A stretch of DNA of 61,406 bases, the filler included. It is 4 parts of 4 records of this genome, joined end to end, with 100 filler letters (N's around TTAATTAATTAA, not from the genome) between each part and the next. Parts side by side here need not be neighbours in the genome. Positions count along the whole stretch, not along the records: positions 42,960 to 54,842 come from DRR723986_7154; positions 54,943 to 61,406 come from DRR723986_7255; 2 more parts are not named here. One strand, given 5' to 3'. Of the stretch, positions 50,983 to 60,466 are shown piece by piece. The translations under genes and the position numbers were made by a program. The notes under the pieces are model-generated. The model did no database searches and was not told where the DNA came from. It saw nothing but the letters and a program-made list of their open reading frames with translations. Positions within the stretch are counted from its first letter, which is position 1. Each line of letters opens with the position of its first letter.

Positions 50983-51858
50983 TCAGTTAGCGCCGGCAGG
51001 ACTCTTCAGGAACTTCATAAAGTCACTGTCGGAATCAATCACCATGATGTCGTCCTTGCTGGAGAAGGTATTCTGGTACGCCTGCAGGCTGCGGTAGAAG
51101 CTGTAGAACTCCTCGTTGGCACCGTAGGCCTGAGCGTAAATGGCGGCCGCTTCCCCGTCACCTTCACCGCGTGTGGTTTCGGCTTCTGCAAAGGCGTTGG
51201 CCAGGATCACCGTTTGCTGACGGTCGGCATCAGCACGGATACCCTCGGCCAGCTCCTGCCCCCGGGAACGGAATTCCTGGGCCAGCTTCTGGCGCTCCGT
51301 GGCCATCCGCCGATAGACGTTCTCGCTCACCTGTCCGGGGAACTCGATGGCTTTCACCCGAATATCCAGGACTTCGATACCAAACTCCTTGATGGAGGTC
51401 TCGTTGACCCGATCACGTAGCGTGTGCATCAGCTCGTCCCGCTGACCGGACACCACCTCATGCATGGTACGGATACCGAATTCATCCCGGAGACCGTTGT
51501 CCACGCGAGACAGGATCAGGGTCTGCGCACGGAACTCATCGCCACCCGTGGCGCGATAGAACTGATCCACGTTAAGGATCTTCCAGGCAACATAGGAATC
51601 CACATCCAGCGGCTTCTTCTCAACCGTCAGGTACTGGCGGGAAGGCAGATCCATCGTCAGCACCCGGATATCAAACTCCCTGATCTGGTCAATAACCGGC
51701 ACCTTGAAATGCAGGCCAGCCTGAATATTGGTTTCAACCAGCTCCCCGAAGCGAAGTTTCACGCCCCGATGGGTCTCAGGAATGATGTAAACACTGGACA
51801 GCACGAGCAGGACAACAATAAGGGCGCCTGCAAGGCCCACTACACCTTTAGGTCCCAT
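50983..51858 (-). CDS. hflC: FtsH protease modulator HflC
   Basis: TM helix + SPFH domain, RMATER, FYSFYRSLQAY. Confidence 0.95.
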   Translation of the reverse strand: MGPKGVVGLAGALIVVLLVLSSVYIIPETHRGVKLRFGELVETNIQAGLHFKVPVIDQIREFDIRVLTMDLPSRQYLTVEKKPLDVDSYVAWKILNVDQFYRATGGDEFRAQTLILSRVDNGLRDEFGIRTMHEVVSGQRDELMHTLRDRVNETSIKEFGIEVLDIRVKAIEFPGQVSENVYRRMATERQKLAQEFRSRGQELAEGIRADADRQQTVILANAFAEAETTRGEGDGEAAAIYAQAYGANEEFYSFYRSLQAYQNTFSSKDDIMVIDSDSDFMKFLKSPAGAN

Positions 51859-51861
51859 AAC

Positions 51862-53046
51862 TTATCTGCTCCTCCGGGTATTGGTGTCCTGGCGGGTGCG
51901 CAGCTCCTGCAACACCTGATCGGTCAGGGTCTGGATATCCACCTGTTGGCCACTGCTGCCGGACATCCGGCTGCCAGATGACGAAAGCGAACCCTGCGTC
52001 AGACGATCCAGGGGCAGATACATCATGTTGCCGCTGCTCTCGGTATCGACAAGGATTTTGCTGCTGTTACCCAGCACCTGCTCCAGTGCCTGGATATACA
52101 TGCGCTCACGGGTAACGACCGGGGCCTGCTCATACACGGCCAGCAGCTGGTTAAAGCGTGCAGTTTCACCGCGTGCCCGCTCGATTACTTCCTGCTTGTA
52201 CGCGTTGGCTTCCTCAATCATGCGCTGTGCCTGACCTCGGGCCTCGGGAACAATCTTGTTGCGGTAGGTTTCCGCTTCTTCCTTCAGACGCTGCTCATCC
52301 TCGCGAGCACGCTGAACCTCACGGAACGCGTCCTGTACCGGCGCTGGAGGCTGGGTGCTCTCGACGTTGACCCGGACAATCTCGAGGCCGGTTCCGTAAT
52401 CTCTCAGGAAGCTTTGCAGGCGCTGCTCAACCCGCACGGCGAGTTCCGCCCGACCTTCAGTCAGTACGTCGTCCAGTGAAGAACTACCGACCTCATGACG
52501 CAGGGCACTATCGGTGGCAAAAGCCAGGGCCTGGTTGGAATCCCGTACATTCAGCACGTACGCCCGGGCATCACCCACGCGATACTGGACCTGAAGATCC
52601 ACGGTCACCAGGTTTTCATCCTGGGTCAGCATCTGGCCGGAGGACTCAGCGGTACGGATACTGGTAACGCGAACCTTGTTGACAGTGTCAATCAAGGGCA
52701 CCTTGAAGCGGAGACCCGGCTCCTCGGTACGGTTGTATTCACCGAAGCGCAGCACAACCGCCCGCTCCTGTTCGTCAACCGTATAGAACGACTGGTAGAT
52801 GACATAGCCCGCGACCAGGATGGCCGCAATGGCCAGAATGGCACCAAAACCACCTGCGCTGCCGCCGGAGCTGCTGCCACCACCAGAATTACCGCCTTTG
52901 CCGCCCAGCATGCGATTGAGCTTGTCGAGCCCTTTTTTCAGCGCTTCGTCGAGGTCTGGCGGCCCCTGATCATTGCCGCGACGACCACCACCGGTTCCCC
53001 AGGGATCGTTGTCGTTACGGTTTCCACCCGGTTCATTCCAGGCCAT
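51862..53046 (-). CDS. hflK: FtsH protease modulator HflK
   Basis: MAWNEPG, GPPDLDE, MLTQDEN, APVVTRERMY. Confidence 0.96.
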   Translation of the reverse strand: MAWNEPGGNRNDNDPWGTGGGRRGNDQGPPDLDEALKKGLDKLNRMLGGKGGNSGGGSSSGGSAGGFGAILAIAAILVAGYVIYQSFYTVDEQERAVVLRFGEYNRTEEPGLRFKVPLIDTVNKVRVTSIRTAESSGQMLTQDENLVTVDLQVQYRVGDARAYVLNVRDSNQALAFATDSALRHEVGSSSLDDVLTEGRAELAVRVEQRLQSFLRDYGTGLEIVRVNVESTQPPAPVQDAFREVQRAREDEQRLKEEAETYRNKIVPEARGQAQRMIEEANAYKQEVIERARGETARFNQLLAVYEQAPVVTRERMYIQALEQVLGNSSKILVDTESSGNMMYLPLDRLTQGSLSSSGSRMSGSSGQQVDIQTLTDQVLQELRTRQDTNTRRSR

Positions 53047-53124
53047 AGTTCTCTCCGTTCGTGTTTAATCGAATGGCTGCAAATACTAGGGATTTATCAA
53101 GGCCCCGGCAATAGCAGGGGCCGT

Positions 53125-54423
53125 TCAGACCGGCCGGCTTTCCAACCGGATCACGTCTTCACGCACACCGGCACGGCTCAAAAGCTGCAGCCAGTCCCGG
53201 TTCTGCAGCCGGACTTCCAGTACCTGATCGCCGTTGTCGCAATGCTCTTCGCTCAGAACCGAACCGGCTTCGTGCAGCAGCGCTCTGAGCTTGCCATCGG
53301 CCGGACCCAGGCGCACAAAGTGGTGCACCACATCCTCTGCCAGACGCTCGACGATGGCGTCAAACAGCAGCGGCAGGCCTTCACCGCTTGCGGCCGACAC
53401 CCAGGCTCGCACCGGCAATCCTTCTTCGTTGCGATCAATGCGGGGCTCAAAACCATCAAGCAGATCAATCTTGTTGAACACCTGTAGCATCGGAATTTCA
53501 TCGGCTCCGATTTCGGCCAGCACATTTTCCACCTGCTCGATGTTTTCATCCCGGCGGCTGTCGTGACAGTCGATCACATGCAGCAGCAACGTGGCCTGTG
53601 TGGTTTCTTCCAGCGTCGCCCGGAAGGCCTCCACCAGCTTGTGCGGCAAATGCCGGATGAAGCCCACCGTATCGGCCATTACGACCGGCCCGATGTCGGG
53701 AAGTTCCAGCCGGCGCAAGGTCGGATCCAGGGTCGCGAATAACTGGTCTGCTGCATATACGCTGGAAGTGGTAATTCGGTTGAACAGCGTGGACTTGCCG
53801 GCGTTGGTATAACCCACCAGAGACAACGTAGGTATGTCGGCACGCTTGCGGGCGCGGCGCCCCTGATCCCGTTGCTTGCGAACCTTTTCCAGACGCCGGT
53901 GTATGGATTTGATGCGTTCGCGCAACAGCCGGCGGTCGGTTTCGAGCTGGGTTTCACCCGGCCCCCGCAAACCGATACCACCCTTCTGGCGCTCGAGGTG
54001 AGTCCAGCCCCGTACCAGCCGGGTAGACATATGCTCCAGCTGCGCAAGCTCTACCTGCAGTTTCCCCTCATGGGTACGAGCCCGCTGCGCAAAGATATCC
54101 AGGATCACGCCCGTGCGATCAAGCACCCGGCACTTGAGCTCTCGCTCGATGTTACGCTCCTGGCTCGGGCTCAAGGCATGATTGAACAGCACCACATCGG
54201 CCTCGGAGGCAGCCACCGCATCCCGGATTTCCTCAAGCTTGCCTTCTCCCACAAAAAAACGAGGGCTGGGCTGTTTCCGGGTGCCGGTTACCGTAGCAAC
54301 TGGCTCTACGCCAGCGGAGGTCACCAGTTCCCGGAACTCTCCCGGATCTTCCGTATCGTCATGGGCGGTAAAATCAATGTGAACGAGAACCGCCCGTTCT
54401 CCGACATCTGGACGCTCAAACAA
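53125..54423 (-). CDS. hflX: Ribosome rescue GTPase HflX
   Basis: TTG start; GPGETQLETD, GYTNAGKS, DQLFATLD, DTVGF, NKID. Confidence 0.97.
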   Translation of the reverse strand: MFERPDVGERAVLVHIDFTAHDDTEDPGEFRELVTSAGVEPVATVTGTRKQPSPRFFVGEGKLEEIRDAVAASEADVVLFNHALSPSQERNIERELKCRVLDRTGVILDIFAQRARTHEGKLQVELAQLEHMSTRLVRGWTHLERQKGGIGLRGPGETQLETDRRLLRERIKSIHRRLEKVRKQRDQGRRARKRADIPTLSLVGYTNAGKSTLFNRITTSSVYAADQLFATLDPTLRRLELPDIGPVVMADTVGFIRHLPHKLVEAFRATLEETTQATLLLHVIDCHDSRRDENIEQVENVLAEIGADEIPMLQVFNKIDLLDGFEPRIDRNEEGLPVRAWVSAASGEGLPLLFDAIVERLAEDVVHHFVRLGPADGKLRALLHEAGSVLSEEHCDNGDQVLEVRLQNRDWLQLLSRAGVREDVIRLESRPV

Positions 54424-54517
54424 GTTTCATCAACTCCATAAACACAAACACCCGCGACCATTCAAGCACATAGGCTGTCCTGGAGCGCGGGTGTGAAAGC
54501 GGGAAAAACAGGCGTTA

Positions 54518-54769
54518 TCAGTCTTCTGACTCACCTTCACCTGCCGGGTTCTGCTGCGGTAGCCGGACGTTACGAGCAGGAACCACAGTGGAAATAGCGT
54601 GCTTGTAAACCATCTGGCTCACCGTGTTCTTGAGAAGAATCACGAACTGGTCAAAAGACTCAATCTGGCCCTGAAGCTTGATACCATTGACCAGAAAGAT
54701 GGAAACCGGAATGCGTTCCTTGCGCAATGCATTGAGGTAAGGGTCTTGTAAAGAGTGCCCTTTTGACAT
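54518..54769 (-). CDS. hfq: RNA chaperone Hfq
   Basis: [40 protein letters not shown]. Confidence 0.98.
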   Translation of the reverse strand: MSKGHSLQDPYLNALRKERIPVSIFLVNGIKLQGQIESFDQFVILLKNTVSQMVYKHAISTVVPARNVRLPQQNPAGEGESED

Positions 54770-54842
54770 GTGTTTTCTCCTGTTTATAAGTAAATGCAGA
54801 TCGTCATTATTCAACGTTAAATGTGGTGTGAAGCCCGGATTT

Positions 54843-54942
54843 NNNNNNNNNNNNNNNNNNNNNNNNNNNNNNNNNNNNNNNNNNNNTTAATTAATTAANN
54901 NNNNNNNNNNNNNNNNNNNNNNNNNNNNNNNNNNNNNNNNNN
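54843..54942. other. Artificial contig spacer
   Basis: 44 N + TTAATTAATTAA + 44 N. Confidence 0.99.
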
Positions 54943-54943
54943 C

Positions 54944-55090
54944 GAAGCGGCCATGAAACTGGGCGAAGCCATTTATAAGGCCGCGCAGGAAGAAGGCGAA
55001 GACGTTCCCGAAGCGGCAGATGCTGCAGGTGGCGACGATGACATCGTCGATGCCGAGTTCGAAGATCTGGACGATGACAAGCGCGCGTAA
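54944..55090 (+). CDS. dnaK: Chaperone DnaK, C-terminal tail (partial)
   Basis: Hand translation EAAMKLGEAIYKA...DIVDAEFEDLDDDKRA; upstream of dnaJ. Confidence 0.93.
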   Translation, partial: EAAMKLGEAIYKAAQEEGEDVPEAADAAGGDDDIVDAEFEDLDDDKRA

Positions 55091-55112
55091 ATTGATGCGC
55101 TGAACTGACGAC

Positions 55113-55142
55113 AGGGCCGGTCCGATAGACGGGCCGGCCCTT
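55113..55142 (+). terminator. Stem-loop between dnaK and dnaJ (leaky terminator or mRNA stabiliser)
   Basis: AGGGCCGGTCCG...CGGGCCGGCCCT with a short U tract. Confidence 0.55.
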
Positions 55143-55169
55143 CGTGTTCCGGAAAAAGGACATTAATCC

Positions 55170-56324
55170 ATGGCAAAACGTGATTATTACGAGGTACTTG
55201 GCGTCGCCAAGGGGGCCTCTGCCGACGAGATTAAGAAAGGCTATCGCAAGAAGGCCAAAGAACTGCACCCGGATCGCAACGCCGACAAACCGGACGCCGA
55301 AGCGCAGTTCAAGGAGGCCAACGAAGCCTACGAAGTGCTGAAAGACGCCGACAAGAAAGCAGCCTATGACCGTTATGGTCACGCCGCATTCGAAGGTGGC
55401 ATGGGTGGCGGTGGCCGTCCCGGCGGTGGCTTTGGCGGCGGTCAGGGTGATTTCTCATCCGCGTTTTCCGACGTATTTGACGACCTCTTTGGTGACTTTA
55501 TGGGCCAACGCGGTGGCGGCGGTGGCGGACGCCGGGCTGCACGTGGATCCGACCTGCGCTACAACCTGCGCATTTCCCTCGAAGACGCCTTCTCGGGCCT
55601 GCAAAAATCAATCAACGTGCCCACGTCGGTCCCTTGTGACAGCTGTGAAGGATCAGGCGCAGAAGGCGGCGCAGAGCCGACAACCTGCCCCACCTGTTCC
55701 GGCATGGGCAAGGTGCGCGCGCAACAGGGCTTCTTCACCGTTGAACGCACCTGCCCGACCTGTTCCGGCATGGGCCAGACCATCAAGAACCCCTGCAAGA
55801 CCTGCCGGGGCGCAGGCCGTGTTGAAAAAGAACGGTCGCTGTCTGTGAACATCCCAGCGGGCGTCGAGACCGGCACACGCATTCGCCTCGCTGGCGAAGG
55901 CGAAGCAGGCATGCGCGGCGGACCATCAGGCGATCTGTACATCTTTATCGAAGTGCAGGAACACGAACTGTTTGACCGCGACGGTCCAAACCTGTTCTGC
56001 CGCGTGCCAGTGTCCATGAGCACGGCCGCACTGAGCGGCACAATCGAAGTGCCCACCATTGATGGCGGTCGCGGCCGCGTATCCATCCCATCCGGCAGCC
56101 AATCTGGCCGGCAAATGCGCCTGCGAGGCAAGGGCATGCCAGCCCTGCGCGGCAAAGGTGTAGGTGACATGATCATCGAATTGGCAGTTGAGACGCCCGT
56201 CAACCTGACGTCCAAGCAGAAAGAACTGCTGCGCGAGTTTGAAGAGCTGTCATCGGAAAACAACCCCGAAAGCAGCAGCTTTTTCTCAAGTGTGAAATCC
56301 TTTTGGGATTCGATGAAAGGCTGA
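55170..56324 (+). CDS. dnaJ: Chaperone DnaJ
   Basis: J domain HPD, G/F region, four CxxCxGxG repeats. Confidence 0.98.
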   Translation: MAKRDYYEVLGVAKGASADEIKKGYRKKAKELHPDRNADKPDAEAQFKEANEAYEVLKDADKKAAYDRYGHAAFEGGMGGGGRPGGGFGGGQGDFSSAFSDVFDDLFGDFMGQRGGGGGGRRAARGSDLRYNLRISLEDAFSGLQKSINVPTSVPCDSCEGSGAEGGAEPTTCPTCSGMGKVRAQQGFFTVERTCPTCSGMGQTIKNPCKTCRGAGRVEKERSLSVNIPAGVETGTRIRLAGEGEAGMRGGPSGDLYIFIEVQEHELFDRDGPNLFCRVPVSMSTAALSGTIEVPTIDGGRGRVSIPSGSQSGRQMRLRGKGMPALRGKGVGDMIIELAVETPVNLTSKQKELLREFEELSSENNPESSSFFSSVKSFWDSMKG

Positions 56325-56373
56325 CCAATTGGCCCGACCACAGGTCCGGCGATTGGTCTAACGAGTGTGAAAG

Positions 56374-56409
56374 GAGGCCACGGTGTGCGACCGTGGCCTC
56401 TTTTCTTTT
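56374..56409 (+). terminator. Intrinsic terminator after dnaJ
   Basis: GAGGCCACGGT-GTGCG-ACCGTGGCCTC-TTTTCTTTT. Confidence 0.85.
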
Positions 56410-56412
56410 GGG

Positions 56413-56895
56413 TCAATCGTAATCATAGCCCAGATAGAGGTTGGGCTTGTCCGCATCTTCAGGTTTGCCAATAAACCGGGCCCAAACCCCGCCGGGCCGC
56501 CATATGCCATCCATCAGCGTAAATGCCATGTCTACATCGCCGCCGCGCCCTTCCAAAGCAAAGCGATAGAAAAACGCTGAAACCCGTGCGTTGTAGATGC
56601 AATGCACATGCAATGGCGCATCTGGTGCCGCCTCGATCGCCGCACAAAAGGCCGTCCAGTCCGTTTCGGTAGGATTGGAAAAATCCACCGGGATATAGAC
56701 ATATTCCATCCCGAGCCGCGCAACACTTGCCGCCTCATCATCCAGCGCGCCGTCATTGCTGTGCGGGCCAAGGTTGATGATCTGCACGACACCAGATCGC
56801 GCAAGCGTGCCGAGTTGCCCTTCCGTTGGCTGCCCGGACAGGCTGATCCACGTATCCCAGCGCCGCCAGTTCAGGATGTCTTGCTCGGCTGTCAT
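56413..56895 (-). CDS. DUF442 / PTP-like phosphatase-fold protein (possible sulfurtransferase)
   Basis: SGQPT, IINL, YVYIPV, HVHCIYNARVSAF (CX4R). Confidence 0.8.
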   Translation of the reverse strand: MTAEQDILNWRRWDTWISLSGQPTEGQLGTLARSGVVQIINLGPHSNDGALDDEAASVARLGMEYVYIPVDFSNPTETDWTAFCAAIEAAPDAPLHVHCIYNARVSAFFYRFALEGRGGDVDMAFTLMDGIWRPGGVWARFIGKPEDADKPNLYLGYDYD

Positions 56896-56970
56896 AGTCG
56901 CCTCTTTCTACGGCCTGTGTTTGCGCCGCGATGTGGCATTACACTGCAACCCTCTCACGCGCTGTTAATC

Positions 56971-56986
56971 TTAACGCTTCTCTAAC
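56971..56986. promoter_or_regulatory. Putative CtrA box upstream of radC
   Basis: TTAA-CGCTTCT-CTAAC, one mismatch to TTAA-N7-TTAAC, preceded by another GTTAA. Confidence 0.55.
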
Positions 56987-57008
56987 CCTCTGCGTCCAGT
57001 GTTTTCCT

Positions 57009-57758
57009 ATGTCTGCGCTTCCCGATTCCCATCAACCCATGCTTTTTGATGAGGCCCCTGCCACTGCTCCTGTGCAGGGCAAACAACCTTCCTACATTCT
57101 CGATCATCGTCAACGTTTGCGGGCCCGCTTCATGGCAGGCGGCGCCGATGCCATGCCAGATTATGAGCTGCTTGAACTGGTGCTGTTTCGCGCCATTCCG
57201 CGCCGCGATGTTAAACCCGTTGCACACGCGTTGATGGACAGGTTTGGCGATTTCAATCGTGTGATCACAGCACCAGAACCCCGCTTGCGCGATATTTCCG
57301 GCGTTGGTGATGCCGTGGTCGTCGAATTGAAGATCGTGCAAGCCGCGGCGCAGCGCATGGCGCGGGCCAAAGTTCTGCAAAAACACATCCTGTCAAGCTG
57401 GGACGCGCTTTTGGAATATTGCCAGATCGCAATGGCCCACCGCGAGACGGAACAATTTCGCGTTCTGTATCTGGACCGCAAGAACCTGCTGATTGCGGAT
57501 GAGGAGCAGGGCAAAGGGACCGTGGACCACGTGCCGGTCTATCCCCGCGAGGTCGCCAAACGCGCGTTGGAGCTGAACGCATCCGCGCTCATCCTCGTGC
57601 ACAATCACCCCTCTGGTGATCCGACCCCCTCTGCCGCGGATATCGACATGACCCACCAGATTGAAAGCGCCTGTGACGCGCTGGGGCTAACGCTGCATGA
57701 TCATCTGATCATCGGAAAATCAAAGGAGCTGAGCCTGCGGTCCGAGGGCTTCATTTAG
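57009..57758 (+). CDS. radC: RadC family JAB-domain protein
   Basis: HRQRLRARF, DYELLEL, GTVDHVPVYPRE, HNHPSGDPTPS..D, DHLIIG. Confidence 0.95.
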   Translation: MSALPDSHQPMLFDEAPATAPVQGKQPSYILDHRQRLRARFMAGGADAMPDYELLELVLFRAIPRRDVKPVAHALMDRFGDFNRVITAPEPRLRDISGVGDAVVVELKIVQAAAQRMARAKVLQKHILSSWDALLEYCQIAMAHRETEQFRVLYLDRKNLLIADEEQGKGTVDHVPVYPREVAKRALELNASALILVHNHPSGDPTPSAADIDMTHQIESACDALGLTLHDHLIIGKSKELSLRSEGFI

Positions 57759-57774
57759 GCTATGAGGTCCAGTA

Positions 57775-59331
57775 CTAGCGCACCCAAACTTCAACCCGGC
57801 GGTTTGCCTGCCTGCCCCATGCGGTATCATCACAAGCCATCGGCAATGCCTCACCAAAGGCATCAACGCCGAGATCGACCCGTTCCAGATTGGCCGTAAC
57901 AGCCGCTGCGCTTACCGCCCGCGAGACAGCCTCGGCGCGGCGCAGGGCGATGTCTCGGTTGGCCTTTGCCGCCCCCTGCCCATCACTAAACCCGACAAAG
58001 AGAATTTGCCGCGCATCGTATTTGCCCTGCTCCAGAGATCGCGCCAATTGCTGCACATTGGAACGGGACTGCGCATCAAGCCGGATCGACCCTGCCTCAA
58101 ACCGGAACGACGTCGTCAAACGCGCCATCGGGCCAAGCGTGGCGATCATGCGTTGCAGCTCTTGCAAGGAGGTTTCGGGACCAGCCTCAGTGATTGCATT
58201 GGCAAACCTGTTGCCCTGATCATCCACTGGAATTTCCTCGGGCCGTTGATCTACAAATCCGGCGCGGCGGATCACATTCTGTGCGGACGGACCACGGGTA
58301 AAGGCCAAGAACTCCCGCGCGATCAACGGCAAACGCCGCGCAGGGAAATACAGGAACATCGGCGCCGTCAATGGATAATCTTCGGTCTTGATCGTCCGCC
58401 GCGCCGCATCCAGATAGAACCCGCAGCTCCCGCTCAGGGTCAGAACCTGCGTGTTGCGCCGTTCGGCAAAGCTGGTGATGCCCAAGGCAAAACTGTCCTT
58501 TGCCACGGCTTGAGCGAGGGCACCGGGCAGTGCATGGCGGGTGATCTGTTCGGCCAGAGAGGATTTTGCAGGCAGCATCACCTGATCCTCAATGGCCTGA
58601 CTTAACCCGCTGGCCAAATCGGGCAAATGCAGTTCAATTGGCGCGTTCGGACCGCCCAGCTCCTGCCAGTTTGTGATCTTTCCTGCAAATACCTGGGCAA
58701 GGGTCAATGGCGAGATATCTTTGATCGGATTGGTCGGCGCGACCACCGGCACAACCGCATCCAACGCCAGAACACGGCTGCGGTTCGGCCCGGTCAGATC
58801 CCCCATACCAGCCTCACGGGCATTGATCCGTTCGGTTTTGCGTATTTCACGCAGGGACATGACGATGTCAGCCTCATCAGCCAGCAGATCGGCAAACCCT
58901 TCATCGGCATTGGTGGCGCGAAAGCCAAAGCGGGCGGCCAGTTTGCCTGTGTCTTTGCGGTGCAACAACAGATCAAACCGCGTCGCATCCACGGTTTCGC
59001 GGCTCACATCATAGCCACCGCGTTGGGCATAAGCCTCAATCAGGGCCGGCATCAAAACCGCGCCCATGGTCGCAGAGCCGGACAAATGCACCTCGGCAAC
59101 ATAGTCTTGTAAATTCGGGCACCCCGGACCGGCGCAATTCACACCGGAACCATCGACTGTCAGTTCCCCATATTCGGTTTGCACACGGTAGAACTCACCA
59201 TCAAAGCCGGAGAGTGTTCCGTTCAATTCCACTTTGCCGTCCCGCGAGGTCAGCGTGACGTCTTGGGCCCACAAAGCGGATGCACCAAACAGAAAAAATG
59301 CGGCGAAGGCCGCCGCACATTTCAATCTCAT
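57775..59331 (-). CDS. Periplasmic PstS-like substrate-binding / OmpA-domain fusion protein
   Basis: Signal peptide; SGSATMG, LALDAVV, FAGKITNW.ELGG, YPLT (PstS-like); GFSDGQG, RRAEAV, NRRVEV (OmpA peptidoglycan-binding domain). Confidence 0.88.
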   Translation of the reverse strand: MRLKCAAAFAAFFLFGASALWAQDVTLTSRDGKVELNGTLSGFDGEFYRVQTEYGELTVDGSGVNCAGPGCPNLQDYVAEVHLSGSATMGAVLMPALIEAYAQRGGYDVSRETVDATRFDLLLHRKDTGKLAARFGFRATNADEGFADLLADEADIVMSLREIRKTERINAREAGMGDLTGPNRSRVLALDAVVPVVAPTNPIKDISPLTLAQVFAGKITNWQELGGPNAPIELHLPDLASGLSQAIEDQVMLPAKSSLAEQITRHALPGALAQAVAKDSFALGITSFAERRNTQVLTLSGSCGFYLDAARRTIKTEDYPLTAPMFLYFPARRLPLIAREFLAFTRGPSAQNVIRRAGFVDQRPEEIPVDDQGNRFANAITEAGPETSLQELQRMIATLGPMARLTTSFRFEAGSIRLDAQSRSNVQQLARSLEQGKYDARQILFVGFSDGQGAAKANRDIALRRAEAVSRAVSAAAVTANLERVDLGVDAFGEALPMACDDTAWGRQANRRVEVWVR

Positions 59332-59352
59332 CTTAAGACCCCTGGCGCTGCG

Positions 59353-60378
59353 TTACTTGGCAGCGACTTTCAGGTCTTGCAGCAGATTATTCAACACCAG
59401 AAACCCACCAATCTCGTCGCAATCGGGGACGGGCAGTGTCAGGTTTTGGGTTTTGATGGAGTAATCGCCCAGAACTTCAAGCGACTGCGCCTCAATCTCC
59501 AACCCGCAATTGGCCTCGGTGATCTCTGCTTCGACGCTCAGGGCAATGATGCCAGAGCGACCGTTTGTATCACTGGGAAAGCTGTAGACCTCTGCCAGCA
59601 GGGGATCACCTGCGTTTGTATCACCATGCCGGGTCAGAACCCCGCCATTGCCGGTGACAGCATCGGCAATCTCGCCTGGTGCCGCTTCCCACAGATGGCC
59701 CGTTTCGCCATAGCCCGCGCCAAATTCACGGGCATGGATTTGAAACCCGGTGTTGCCCTTCCATTGCAGAACCGAGCGGTCAAAATCGGCAAGATCCTCG
59801 ACCATGGTTTGCGCCACAGCGCCGTCACCATTGGTAAAGGCCATGATAAACACGGCATCTGTCGCCAGGGCCGGCACTGTCAGGTCCAATGTCCCGTTAA
59901 AGGTCGTCGTTTCGGTGAAAATCATGCCGTTGTGATGCACAGTTACCCGCTCGTTGGGCAGACAGGGCGCCTCCATGCTCAGCTTGACCATCGCCGCCGC
60001 AATCGGCTGCGCAACTGCGGAAATGGTGCAGGCATCTGCGATCTCCATCGTTGGCAGGACCGGTTCAGGCAGAACGCTTTTCGGCGAAGCAACCTTGACC
60101 ACTTCAGGATCGGCCTGGGGCACATCAATCGCACTGCTGAACTCCGCCGAAGTCAGTTTGATTTCCTGCACATCCAACAGGGAATTGGCCGGATCAGAGG
60201 CATCAATCGTTTTCACCATGGGGATGGCATTGCCAGCCACACCATAGCGTTGCTGCGCGGTATCGGTGCTTTGCATGACAAAGCCGATGGCAAGCGCGCA
60301 GGTCAATGTACCTGCCGCGGTTGCGATACCTTTTTTCTGCAAAACAAATGTCTGCAACATGGATCCTGTTCCTTTCAA
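59353..60378 (-). CDS. Hypothetical membrane-anchored periplasmic protein
   Basis: N-terminal hydrophobic segment, Pro-rich linker, beta-rich C-terminal part with Cys pairs; start may be 60360. Confidence 0.75.
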   Translation of the reverse strand: MKGTGSMLQTFVLQKKGIATAAGTLTCALAIGFVMQSTDTAQQRYGVAGNAIPMVKTIDASDPANSLLDVQEIKLTSAEFSSAIDVPQADPEVVKVASPKSVLPEPVLPTMEIADACTISAVAQPIAAAMVKLSMEAPCLPNERVTVHHNGMIFTETTTFNGTLDLTVPALATDAVFIMAFTNGDGAVAQTMVEDLADFDRSVLQWKGNTGFQIHAREFGAGYGETGHLWEAAPGEIADAVTGNGGVLTRHGDTNAGDPLLAEVYSFPSDTNGRSGIIALSVEAEITEANCGLEIEAQSLEVLGDYSIKTQNLTLPVPDCDEIGGFLVLNNLLQDLKVAAK

Positions 60379-60466
60379 CGGAATCGTTCAGGAACTTTGT
60401 CGCAAACAAAAAGGGCCGCCTTATGACCCGTTTAGGCGCAGAATGTGGCGCTTAAGTGTCAGATGT

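Noticed and set aside
54448-54494. Hairpin between hfq and hflX as a possible sRNA
   Set aside because: Adequately explained as the hfq transcript terminator or stabiliser
55683-55775. Near-identical 27-nt direct repeat ACCTGCCCSACCTGTTCCGGCATGGGC
   Set aside because: Encodes the two TCPTCSGMG zinc-finger repeats of DnaJ
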